Assembly: GCA_965216875.1 (NCBI GenBank)
Contig: OZ244207.1
Location: 3,360,001 to 3,424,000 of the forward strand
DNA from: Rubripirellula sp.
Lineage (GTDB): Bacteria; Planctomycetota; Planctomycetia; Pirellulales; Pirellulaceae
DNA: 64,000 bases
Direction: 5' to 3'
Made by a program: the position numbers and the translations under genes. A model generated the notes under the pieces. The model ran no database searches. It saw nothing but the letters and a program-made list of their open reading frames with translations, and was not told the DNA's origin. Below, piece after piece: positions 9,579 to 18,085 of the stretch. Within the stretch, counting starts at the first letter, position 1. Each line of letters opens with the position of its first letter.

Positions 9579-10805
9579 CTAAAACTCTTGGTCAATCACT
9601 TCCTTGGAAGCCCGAGTCCCAAGTGCACCCCAGAGACCATACGGACTGGGCAGCCCCGCTCTTGACGATGTGACCACGGGCGAGGTGCTGTCACCCGCTT
9701 CGATCGAATCGCTGACAAAACGGACGGCGCCGTCGGCCATCAAGACGTGAACGCCGCCCGGGTGTCGACTGCTTGCCGGAGCGTGCCCTCCTGAATTGGC
9801 ATTCGCCCCCAAGCAAACTTCGTTGTTCGGTGGCAGCGCCGTATTGAAGCCGCTGTACAGTGGACGTCCATCAGCCCATCGGTAACCGCGACGCTCTTGG
9901 TCGGAACCAATGTTGGTGAAAGAGTCATCCCAAAACAACGGTCGGTCGGGATCGCGATCGACTTGGCAAATCATGGGATTGGAATGCACACCAACGGGCC
10001 CCCATCCCGAAAACAGATGCGCACTCGTGCGAACATCTCGATCACCGAGGTCGGTCGCGATTTCGCCACACGCAATCGTGTTGGCGAGTCCGTCTTGAAT
10101 GTCTTTGAAACCAGTGAAGATGCGCGGCACAAAAACGCCGCGACAAGAACCGCGTGCACGAATCGCTTGGGTCGCATCGGATACCCAGCGGCCTGCGTTG
10201 TTGTCCCAACGGGTGTAGCCCGTTTCGACCCAGTCGCTGCTGTCGCCGTAACAGGCAGCGTAATTGGTGCGGCCAAGTGATGGCGTCCCCGTGCCGGGAT
10301 CACTGGGGCAACGCAGTGTCGGGATCTGCGCAAGCCACGGTCGGTAAGTCGGCTCGGCTGGTCCGGGGCCCATCGCTGGCCATGACGGCGAAACCACCGT
10401 TTGACCATCGACATCAAACGCGTACGGGTTGCTGATCTGCTCCCACAACGTTTGCTGCTCCATGAACGAAGTCAGCCCCACGAGGAAACTGAGGTTGAAA
10501 CGGTTGGTGGCTCGATGTCGGTCCGCTCCGTTGTAGGCAGCGTTCTCGCGGGGGTGGTAGGTCCCGCCAATGTGCATCGGCAAATTCTTGTACGCCGAAT
10601 GATAGTTGTGCAGCGCAAGACCGACCTGCTTGAAATTATTGCTGCAGGACATCCGCCGCGCAGCCTCGCGCGCCGCTTGAACGGCAGGCAGCAGGATGCC
10701 AACCAAGACACCGATGATCGCAATCACGACCAACAGTTCAACCAATGTAAAGGCGGGTCGTTGGGGCCGATGAATCATCGAACGCCTCACCGAAAAACGG
10801 AACAA
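9579..10805 (-). CDS. DUF1559 prepilin-type N-terminal cleavage/methylation, H-X9-DG domain protein
   Basis: [49 protein letters not shown] and [12 protein letters not shown]. Confidence 0.95.
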   Translation of the reverse strand: MFRFSVRRSMIHRPQRPAFTLVELLVVIAIIGVLVGILLPAVQAAREAARRMSCSNNFKQVGLALHNYHSAYKNLPMHIGGTYHPRENAAYNGADRHRATNRFNLSFLVGLTSFMEQQTLWEQISNPYAFDVDGQTVVSPSWPAMGPGPAEPTYRPWLAQIPTLRCPSDPGTGTPSLGRTNYAACYGDSSDWVETGYTRWDNNAGRWVSDATQAIRARGSCRGVFVPRIFTGFKDIQDGLANTIACGEIATDLGDRDVRTSAHLFSGWGPVGVHSNPMICQVDRDPDRPLFWDDSFTNIGSDQERRGYRWADGRPLYSGFNTALPPNNEVCLGANANSGGHAPASSRHPGGVHVLMADGAVRFVSDSIEAGDSTSPVVTSSRAGLPSPYGLWGALGTRASKEVIDQEF

Positions 10806-11084
10806 ATCAGGGGCACGCTTATCCGTCTACGAGATTAGCAGATCACCGCAAAAACTGACGGCCCGCTTCGTACCAAATGGTAACTCTCGGCATCGAAATA
10901 GACGCAAGAAACCGACGCACCATTGCCCACTGACATCAAGGAAAACCTGGCCGTCCAGTGACACTCGGCGGCCCCCTCAACCTTCGGCAACGCCCCGATG
11001 AAGCATGCCAAATCGGAATCGAGTATCATACCGGCGGCACGCATTTTGACTCTCTGATGCATCACATCGATCGGGTACGGCTCG

Positions 11085-12572
11085 ATGAACTCCGATGACG
11101 AAACCAGAATTGATTGGTCGTCACAAATATCGATCATCTGCAAACGCTTCGACGCAGCGCTCGCTTCGGGCGAAACGCTGGCGGGAATTGACGATTGGCT
11201 TCGGCAAGTTCCCGAGGAAGTCCAGCCGCAACTCAAAGCCGAACTGCATCGCCGACAGAGTGTGTTCACCGCGTCCTCTCAAGAGACCCTCCATGCGGGG
11301 CTCGGTGGCGACACTCGCGACCTTCCCAGCGAACTGTTGGAGTCGGAGATCCATTCGCCGCATGCTGCGATTGACGATTGCCGAACCTTTGCAGGCCTCG
11401 CTCACGCCGCGCGGCGCGCATTGCGATCCGAATTGAAACCTCAGTCGTTTGCGGCAGGCACCTGCTTGCTGCAACAGAATGAGGCAGCCAGTGGCCTCTA
11501 CCTTTTGACGGAAGGTGATGTCAGGATCATTGACCGGCGAAACGAAGCAACGATTGCGACCGACAGCGCGGGCTCGGTACTTGGCGAAATGTCGCTTCTG
11601 ACGGGCCAACCCTGTTCCGCAGAAGTCGTTGCCACCACAAACGTCGAAGCACTCGTGCTCTCGACCGACAGTTACAAGCGGTTGAAAGACGAGCACCCTG
11701 AAGTCGAAATCGTCTTAAGCCAACTTGTCAGCGATCGGCTTGGGGGTCGCGAACATGACGCATTGTGTGGCAAAACGCTCGGGGGATACCAGCTCAAACG
11801 CTGCATCAGTCGCGGCGGCATGGGAGTCGTCTACGAAGCGCAGCGTGCCAGCGACAAGACACCGGTCGCGATCAAAATGTTGCGTCACCGTTTCATCTAC
11901 GACGAAACCGTCCAAGGACGTTTCGACCAGGAAGCCGACCTGCTTCGATCGCTCGAGCATCCCAACATCATTGCGATGCGTGACCACTTCCTTGCCTATC
12001 GCACACGTTTTCTGGCCCTCGAACTCTGCGACGGATCCGACTTGTTCCAGCTTATCCGCAAGCATGGAAAGTTAAGCCCGGCGCAGTGCATGGCAATCAT
12101 TGGGCAAATCGCAAAAGGACTTCAATACGCCCATGACTGTGGCGTCGTGCATCGCGACTTGAAACCAGCCAACGTGCTGGTCGGTCGACGTGGTGATATC
12201 AAGTTGGCCGATTTTGGACTGAGCAAACTGATTGAATCGGAAACATCAGAAGCAAGGGCCGTGGGGACCCCCGCCTACATGCCACCAGAGCAGTTCTTTG
12301 GAGGCGTCATCGGACCAGAGAGCGACTACTACGCGCTCGGTTGCCTGGCCTACGAAATGCTTACCGGCAAAATGTTGTTCGAGGCGTCGGGATGGTTCGA
12401 TGTGCTTGACAAAAAACGTTCACAAACGCCAAGCGAAGATTGGCCGCCCCTTCCGGTGGAGTGCGATTTGCGTGATCTGATCGTTACCTCGCTGCACAGC
12501 GAACCACAACAACGCAAACTGGACCTGCAAGAGATTGCGAATTGGGCGTCGCCGGTCATCGATCTCTTTTAG
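11085..12572 (+). CDS. Hanks-type Ser/Thr kinase with N-terminal cyclic-nucleotide-binding-like domain
   Basis: GLYLLTEGDVRI...GEMSLL (cNMP fold), then GGMGVVY, VAIK, HRDLKPAN, DFG and GTPAYMPPE. No transmembrane segment. Confidence 0.9.
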   Translation: MNSDDETRIDWSSQISIICKRFDAALASGETLAGIDDWLRQVPEEVQPQLKAELHRRQSVFTASSQETLHAGLGGDTRDLPSELLESEIHSPHAAIDDCRTFAGLAHAARRALRSELKPQSFAAGTCLLQQNEAASGLYLLTEGDVRIIDRRNEATIATDSAGSVLGEMSLLTGQPCSAEVVATTNVEALVLSTDSYKRLKDEHPEVEIVLSQLVSDRLGGREHDALCGKTLGGYQLKRCISRGGMGVVYEAQRASDKTPVAIKMLRHRFIYDETVQGRFDQEADLLRSLEHPNIIAMRDHFLAYRTRFLALELCDGSDLFQLIRKHGKLSPAQCMAIIGQIAKGLQYAHDCGVVHRDLKPANVLVGRRGDIKLADFGLSKLIESETSEARAVGTPAYMPPEQFFGGVIGPESDYYALGCLAYEMLTGKMLFEASGWFDVLDKKRSQTPSEDWPPLPVECDLRDLIVTSLHSEPQQRKLDLQEIANWASPVIDLF

Positions 12573-12594
12573 CGTTACAAATTGCGTGTGATAA

Positions 12595-12701
12595 CACTCT
12601 CCCGTTGGAGAGTCGGGCTCTAAGGCCCGGAGAGGGTTTGTTTAGCGGAATCATTCCCTCCCCGGACTTTGCGTCCGACCCTCCCGCAAGCGGGAGGGTG
12701 A
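12595..12701. repeat. palindromic intergenic element with nested hairpins, between convergent genes
   Basis: actctccc-gtt-ggagagt, cgggc-tctaag-gcccg, ggac-tttgc-gtcc and accctcccgc-aa-gcgggagggt. The two halves are inverted variants of each other. Confidence 0.7.
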
Positions 12702-12866
12702 TTGTTGGAGCCCGCGTTGACTTGCGCAAGCACTGCACCTCATGGCACGGCAACTCCAATCCGCAGCGCTAGCGCCAAGTCGATTTTGGCAAATCCTTGC
12801 GTAGGTCCCCGTCAACAGCGCCGTACGCTCCAGCAGGCGGCGCGGGACAACCGGCGACGAAACAAC

Positions 12867-14237
12867 CTAAGCCCAGAGGTGGGCCCGTCCGATGAGCTTT
12901 TCGAGATCCGCAAAGAACTCGGGATAGGTCTTCGCGGTACAGGAGGGATCGAGAATCTTGACACCGGACGCTCGCAGCCCAGTGAGTGCAAAGCTCATCG
13001 CCATCCGATGATCGTGATAGGTTTCGAGCGTCGCTGGCTGGATGCCATCGACCGGCGGATGAATGGTCATCCCATCTTCGTGCTCGTCGACTTTGGCGCC
13101 GAGCTTACGAAGTTCGACGGCGAGATCCCCGATTCGATCGGTCTCTTTGAATCGGTTGTGGGCAACGCCGCGCACGCGTGTGGGGCCGTCGGCAAACAGT
13201 GCAACGATCGAAAGCGTTTGCACCGTGTCGCTGATCGCGTTCATGTCGATGTCGACTCCGCGAAGTTTGTTGCCGGTAACGGTCACGCTGTCGTCTTGAT
13301 AGTCGACCTCGCATCCCATCTTCGACAAGACTTCGCAAAAACCGACGTCGCCCTGCATCGCCTGCTTTGATAATCCTTCGACCGTGATTTTGCCGCCCGT
13401 GATCGCGGCGGTGGCCCAAAAGTAACTTGCCGCCGAGGCATCCGGTTCAATCGCGTAGTCGATGCCTTTGTATCCCGCCGACGCAATCTTGAAGGTTGCG
13501 GATGCGTCAAAATCGCTAATGGAAACGTCGGCGCCGAACGACCGCATCACATTGGCAGTCATGGTGACGTAGGGCCGCGAGACCAATTCACCAATCACAG
13601 CGATCTCGGTCTCCGCTCCCGCTCGTGAAAGTGGTGCCGCCATCATCAGGCCGCTCAGGTATTGGCTGCTGACCGCCCCACCCACTTCAATTTTCGCAGC
13701 GTTCCAACCATTGGACGCAACCAAAACCGGCGGGCAACCCTCGGGCGATTGAGCTTCAATGGTTCCATCGAGCACCGGCGCGATCGCCCCGATCAAGTCG
13801 GCGATCGGTCGCTGGTGCATCCTGGGCACGCCATGCAATCGAAAGTGCCCGCCCGCTGCCGACAACGCAGCGGTCAGGAAGCGGACGGAGGTCCCGCTAT
13901 TGCCGATGAAAAGCTCAATCAGCTCGCTCTCGGATGACAGCGGTTTGCGATCACTTGGATCGACGTGCAACGTGCGTCCGCCATCGCGGACTTCGATGGA
14001 GACGCCTGCTTGATCGAGTGCGGCGATCATCACCTCGGTGTCTTCGCTGCGCAACGCTCCGGTCAGCTGCGAAGGAGCGCCGGCGAAGGCGGCGCAGATC
14101 AATGCGCGATTGGTCAGACTCTTGCTGCCTGGGGGGCGGATCGAGCCCACAACCGGGCCGCCGGGCACCACCTCAACTTGCGAGGGCGTGGCAGTCGGAG
14201 ATGTGGCAGAAGGAGATGCGGAGTCGGAGGAAGCCAT
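12867..14237 (-). CDS. aroA: 3-phosphoshikimate 1-carboxyvinyltransferase (EPSP synthase)
   Basis: PGSKS, GNSGT, SSQ, DASAA, KETDR and DHRMAM motifs. Confidence 0.97.
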   Translation of the reverse strand: MASSDSASPSATSPTATPSQVEVVPGGPVVGSIRPPGSKSLTNRALICAAFAGAPSQLTGALRSEDTEVMIAALDQAGVSIEVRDGGRTLHVDPSDRKPLSSESELIELFIGNSGTSVRFLTAALSAAGGHFRLHGVPRMHQRPIADLIGAIAPVLDGTIEAQSPEGCPPVLVASNGWNAAKIEVGGAVSSQYLSGLMMAAPLSRAGAETEIAVIGELVSRPYVTMTANVMRSFGADVSISDFDASATFKIASAGYKGIDYAIEPDASAASYFWATAAITGGKITVEGLSKQAMQGDVGFCEVLSKMGCEVDYQDDSVTVTGNKLRGVDIDMNAISDTVQTLSIVALFADGPTRVRGVAHNRFKETDRIGDLAVELRKLGAKVDEHEDGMTIHPPVDGIQPATLETYHDHRMAMSFALTGLRASGVKILDPSCTAKTYPEFFADLEKLIGRAHLWA

Positions 14238-14400
14238 CGCGAAAAACTGTCAATCAACTCGGGTCAACTTGGGGGACATACCACCAGCGGCAACTCAGGG
14301 TACATACCGCAAGCAAATTGCCAGATGTTCGACCTGTCTGTTGGCCAGCCCTTTCGCCCAACCAACGTCGATGATTGACGATGCGCGTGAGAACTGTCGC

Positions 14401-14688
14401 TCAAACAGCGACCGAAGCCTGTTGGTTCGGGACGACAAGTGATGCCACGATCATTGTCGCCAACGTGCTGGTATGGAGTAACCAACTATCGTCAAGCGTA
14501 ATCACTGTTCGAAGTGTGATCACGGTCATGACAACGAGCATTGCCAGGAACTGACGCTCGGCTCGACGGCCAGCTTCGCCCTGACAAAACTTTGCTAGCG
14601 TGAGCACGACCAAAGTGATCAGTGGCAACACGATTGCATCCAACACACCGATAAGATAGGAAAATTCGGTCAACTGAACAGGCTCCAT
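14401..14688 (-). CDS. small multi-pass membrane hypothetical protein
   Basis: About three hydrophobic helices; likely start MEPVQLTEF within ORF 14401..14760. Confidence 0.65.
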   Translation of the reverse strand: MEPVQLTEFSYLIGVLDAIVLPLITLVVLTLAKFCQGEAGRRAERQFLAMLVVMTVITLRTVITLDDSWLLHTSTLATMIVASLVVPNQQASVAV

Positions 14689-14943
14689 TCTCTTTCTGTT
14701 GATCCCTGGCGCGATCGTCGCACAGGTCCCACCTGCTGATCGCTGGCTTTCTTGTGGCATGATTCACTTAGCGCCCGATAGATCGACTTAAGCCAAAGTC
14801 TCAAAAAAGTGGGAAATGTTTTTTTGCTTTGTGCTAGACCTTCCCGATCACAATGCGCAACAATGTCTACTAACGCGTCTGAAGGGAGTTTGAGTCGGAC
14901 CTTGAAGTAAGAAGACGCGCATCCCGCCTTGAAGGAGTAAGCG

Positions 14944-15702
14944 ATGTCGAATCAAGTTGCTGCCGCCGCTGTCATCGACTTAGGTGACTTTTCGCACCCG
15001 CACATGGCTGACAAAGCCGCTCGCTTTGCACAGCGCAAACTTGGTGGCCTGCCGCTGACGGTTCGGATGGCAAGACGGCTAAGTGATTGTGCCCAGCTTG
15101 ACCAAGTCTACGTTGTTGGCTCAGACATGCCTTCATCGCTGCTGACCTCGGGCATTGCGGGGGTCAACACGATCAACCTGCCTTCAGCGCATCGATGCGA
15201 GCGATTTTGTGCAGTTGCTGATGCGACCGGCGCCGATTGGTTGGTTTGCGTTCCGGCCAACCAGCCCTTTGTCGACGCAACGTTGATCGACCAATTGATT
15301 GCCAAAGCCAAAAAAATGCCCGAGTGTGATTACGTGGGCTACGCATCCTGTGGCGGCGATTGGCGCCGCATGGTTCAACTCGGCCTGGCAGGCGAGGCCT
15401 GCCACAGCGACACATTGCGGCGGCTGCGGGCCAACGCTGACCGGATGACTTCGGGCGAGGGTCAATCGGTCGCGTCGATGCTCGAATCGGCTCCTGGCGC
15501 GTATCACCTCAAGTTTGTGCCCGTTCCAAGTGAACTGGATCGTGACGACCTGCGGTTTGCTGTCGAAGATGAATCGGATTGGGACGACGCCCAGTTGCTC
15601 TGTGAAACTGTGACCGAAGAAGATTCGGCTTGGCAGCAACTCACGCAGCTCTTGATGGGCAACGAACCACTGCGTGAATCGATGGCGACTCGCAATTCTT
15701 AA
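14944..15702 (+). CDS. cytidylyltransferase (SpsF/KdsB-like NTP-transferase) fold protein, degenerate
   Basis: RBS aaggag upstream; RKLGGLPL...RRLS, ERF..VA..GADW, ANQPFVDA.LID, RFAVEDESDW pattern of the CTP_transf_3 fold. Confidence 0.65.
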   Translation: MSNQVAAAAVIDLGDFSHPHMADKAARFAQRKLGGLPLTVRMARRLSDCAQLDQVYVVGSDMPSSLLTSGIAGVNTINLPSAHRCERFCAVADATGADWLVCVPANQPFVDATLIDQLIAKAKKMPECDYVGYASCGGDWRRMVQLGLAGEACHSDTLRRLRANADRMTSGEGQSVASMLESAPGAYHLKFVPVPSELDRDDLRFAVEDESDWDDAQLLCETVTEEDSAWQQLTQLLMGNEPLRESMATRNS

Positions 15703-15902
15703 CCTGAGCGAATCAGGAATCGTCAAAGCTTTCCTCAAGGTACCAGTCTGCCTAACCGATACAGACCGATAAGGAGACGACCTCTGGTCTTCTCCTCGTG
15801 TTGGGCAAACGATGCGATTGGCGCCTGAGAAGAATGCATCGCTTGCTTTTGTCGCGTGATCATCTGCCAATGATCACAGACTTTGAGACCAAGTGATTGC
15901 TC

Positions 15903-16412
15903 ATGACGATCCAAACGAAATCGAATTCGAATTCAAAAGCACGCACTGCGCTGACCGCATTCCTGTTGGTCGCGACAGCGATTCCGGCGGGCGGCTGCCG
16001 AATCTGCGCCGAGTGCAACGACTTGGACTATCCAGCCTACGGCGGCGCTTGGCAACGAACGCGGCGTGATGCCGGTCGAGTCGGCAGCGTCTTCGATCCT
16101 GCGGGCGCAAAGGCCGCCGATTTGGTCGCACGTGACGAACCCGAACGGCCGGACCAGCGCGAGCGTCGACGCCAAACCGAAGCAGGCGTGATCTCGCCGT
16201 TCCGACGTGATCGCGAAGAAAGCGATACCGGCAACGCTGATCCCGTCGAGTCGGACGACGCCGATCAATTGCGCGAGCGAAGCGAAGAACTTCGCAACCG
16301 ATCCCTCGATGACATCCAAATCGAAGGCGAAGAGAACCTGCGCAACAAAGGCATCGACGACATCGAGATCAACGTCGTTCCGGGCCAACCAGCCCCACCC
16401 GCCGTGCTGTAG
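15903..16412 (+). CDS. probable lipoprotein, planctomycete hypothetical
   Basis: Hydrophobic signal ending in lipobox-like AGGC; CRICAEC.D.DYPAYGG...GRVGS; acidic low-complexity tail. Confidence 0.7.
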   Translation: MTIQTKSNSNSKARTALTAFLLVATAIPAGGCRICAECNDLDYPAYGGAWQRTRRDAGRVGSVFDPAGAKAADLVARDEPERPDQRERRRQTEAGVISPFRRDREESDTGNADPVESDDADQLRERSEELRNRSLDDIQIEGEENLRNKGIDDIEINVVPGQPAPPAVL

Positions 16413-16510
16413 GGCGATCTTTTCGTCGCCTGCTACCGCGACAGAGCTGCCTGGATTAGGATTCGTCGGTTCCCGATTTGCTTCCAATTGGATCCGACAA
16501 CACCGACGCC

Positions 16511-17059
16511 ATGGTAGATCTGCAAAGTTACGTTCGTGACATCCCCGACTATCCCAAGCCGGGAATCTTGTTTCGTGACATCACCCCGTTGCTTGCCGAT
16601 CCCGAAGCGATCAAGGCCGCCGCAGCTGCGCTCGCAGAGCCGTTCGTGGGCAAAGGCATCGACATTGTCGCCGCAGCGGAAGCCCGAGGCTTTATCTTTG
16701 CCGCACCTTTGGCGATTCAGCTCGGCGCAGGGTTCGTGCCGATTCGGAAACCAGGCAAACTTCCCTTTGACCTGCACTCGTTCGCCTACGAACTTGAATA
16801 CGGGACAGATGAACTACAGATTCACGTCGATGGGGTGAAACCTGGGCAACGCGTGTTGATCGTTGACGATCTGTTGGCGACCGGTGGCACGATGGAAGCT
16901 TGCCTCAGGCTGCTAGAAAAGTGCGACGCCGAAATCGTTGGCTGCACGTTCTTGATTCACCTGGCACAGCTAGGCGGCGAAGCGCGGCTGAGTCCCTATC
17001 CGGTTCACTCCGTGCTCCGCTACGACCAAGACGACCACGAAGCCGAACTGAATTATTGA
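16511..17059 (+). CDS. apt: adenine phosphoribosyltransferase
   Basis: PDYPKPGILFRDIT, EARGF, RKPGKLP, LEYG and VLIVDDLLATGGT. Confidence 0.97.
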   Translation: MVDLQSYVRDIPDYPKPGILFRDITPLLADPEAIKAAAAALAEPFVGKGIDIVAAAEARGFIFAAPLAIQLGAGFVPIRKPGKLPFDLHSFAYELEYGTDELQIHVDGVKPGQRVLIVDDLLATGGTMEACLRLLEKCDAEIVGCTFLIHLAQLGGEARLSPYPVHSVLRYDQDDHEAELNY

Positions 17060-17069
17060 GTTGGCCAAC

Positions 17070-17139
17070 GTAGGGTGTGTGCTTGCACGCACCAAATCGA
17101 GTGGCATTGATGGGTGGTGCGTGCAAGCACACACCCTAC
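17070..17139. repeat. GTAG-type REP doublet (perfect 25-bp inverted repeat)
   Basis: gtagggtgtgtgcttgcacgcacca (17070-17094) and tggtgcgtgcaagcacacaccctac (17115-17139), between convergent genes. Confidence 0.85.
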
Positions 17140-17163
17140 AAGATCATCCCACAGCTCGACCGT

Positions 17164-17682
17164 CTAGATCCAGCGGTCGAGTGTGTCTTCAGCGACTTCG
17201 AAGACAGAGGTCAACGTTTCCTGAATGCGATCGGCCGTTCCAAGTCGGTCACCCAAACCGGGTGTGGCCATCAGCGCAAACAGGAACAACACGAACCCAC
17301 CGAAGACCACCGCAGCGCTGCTGGGATCTTCGTAGCGTTTGCCACCAATACGCGCCAGCCAAGAATTGCGAATCGGTTCTGGCTTGGTCAAATCCCTCAA
17401 GCGGCGCAATCCCATCTGCACGTGACCGTCGGGCGCGTTGAAGAACCATTGCGGGTGGACTTCGTGTTGAGTGCCGTCAAAGTCGAGCACCCATGGCCGT
17501 CCCACCTTTAGCTTCGCAGCATCTTTTGGTCCCACCAAGACGGTGAAACCATCAATCGATGTCTCTTGAATCGTCGCCTTGGCTTTGCGGCGTCCAACAC
17601 GCACCAGAGCATTGCCTTGTTGCGATTGAACGGGGCACCGGTAGAAGCTGGGTTGATCGGCAGTGTCAGGAGCGTTGTTCAT
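17164..17682 (-). CDS. PilZ-like domain protein with C-terminal transmembrane helix
   Basis: FYRCPV...ETSIDGFTV (D/NxSxxG-like) beta domain, then AAVVFGGFVLFLFALMA. Confidence 0.6.
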   Translation of the reverse strand: MNNAPDTADQPSFYRCPVQSQQGNALVRVGRRKAKATIQETSIDGFTVLVGPKDAAKLKVGRPWVLDFDGTQHEVHPQWFFNAPDGHVQMGLRRLRDLTKPEPIRNSWLARIGGKRYEDPSSAAVVFGGFVLFLFALMATPGLGDRLGTADRIQETLTSVFEVAEDTLDRWI

Positions 17683-17749
17683 CGGATCTAGTCACAAGGA
17701 GATAAGCTTTGTGGTCAGTCACGCCCCCGATTCCGCCCCCTGCTGCGAT

Positions 17750-17783
17750 CCCTCCGAGACGAAGGGCCCTCCGAAACGAAGGG
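17750..17783. repeat. 17-bp tandem duplication in a divergent intergenic region
   Basis: ccctccgagacgaaggg followed directly by ccctccgaaacgaaggg. Confidence 0.75.
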
Positions 17784-18085
17784 ACAACTGGCGCGGTATG
17801 ACTCGCCACCAAAACCTATGTGACAAACCTGATCTTCGCGGCAAACTTGATCAAATCACGATGATTCTCATGGGGATAACCCTCATGCCGTGGCAGGCTG
17901 TGACGGTTATTCCGAACACGGCGTCCCCCTGAGGTGGGTCGGCGTGCCCTGGTGCACCGAGGGTCAGCATCATCGACCTTAACGGTCGTAACCATTGTTT
18001 GTGCGGCGCCCATCAAACGCATTGTGACGGTCCAATCATGTCGATGGCTTATCCGGTGGAATGAATCCCTCGGTAAGACCATCCT

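Noticed and set aside
15755..15775. CCGATA repeats as a sigma28-like -10 element
   Set aside because: Motif too short and no matching -35 element; cannot be supported from this window alone.
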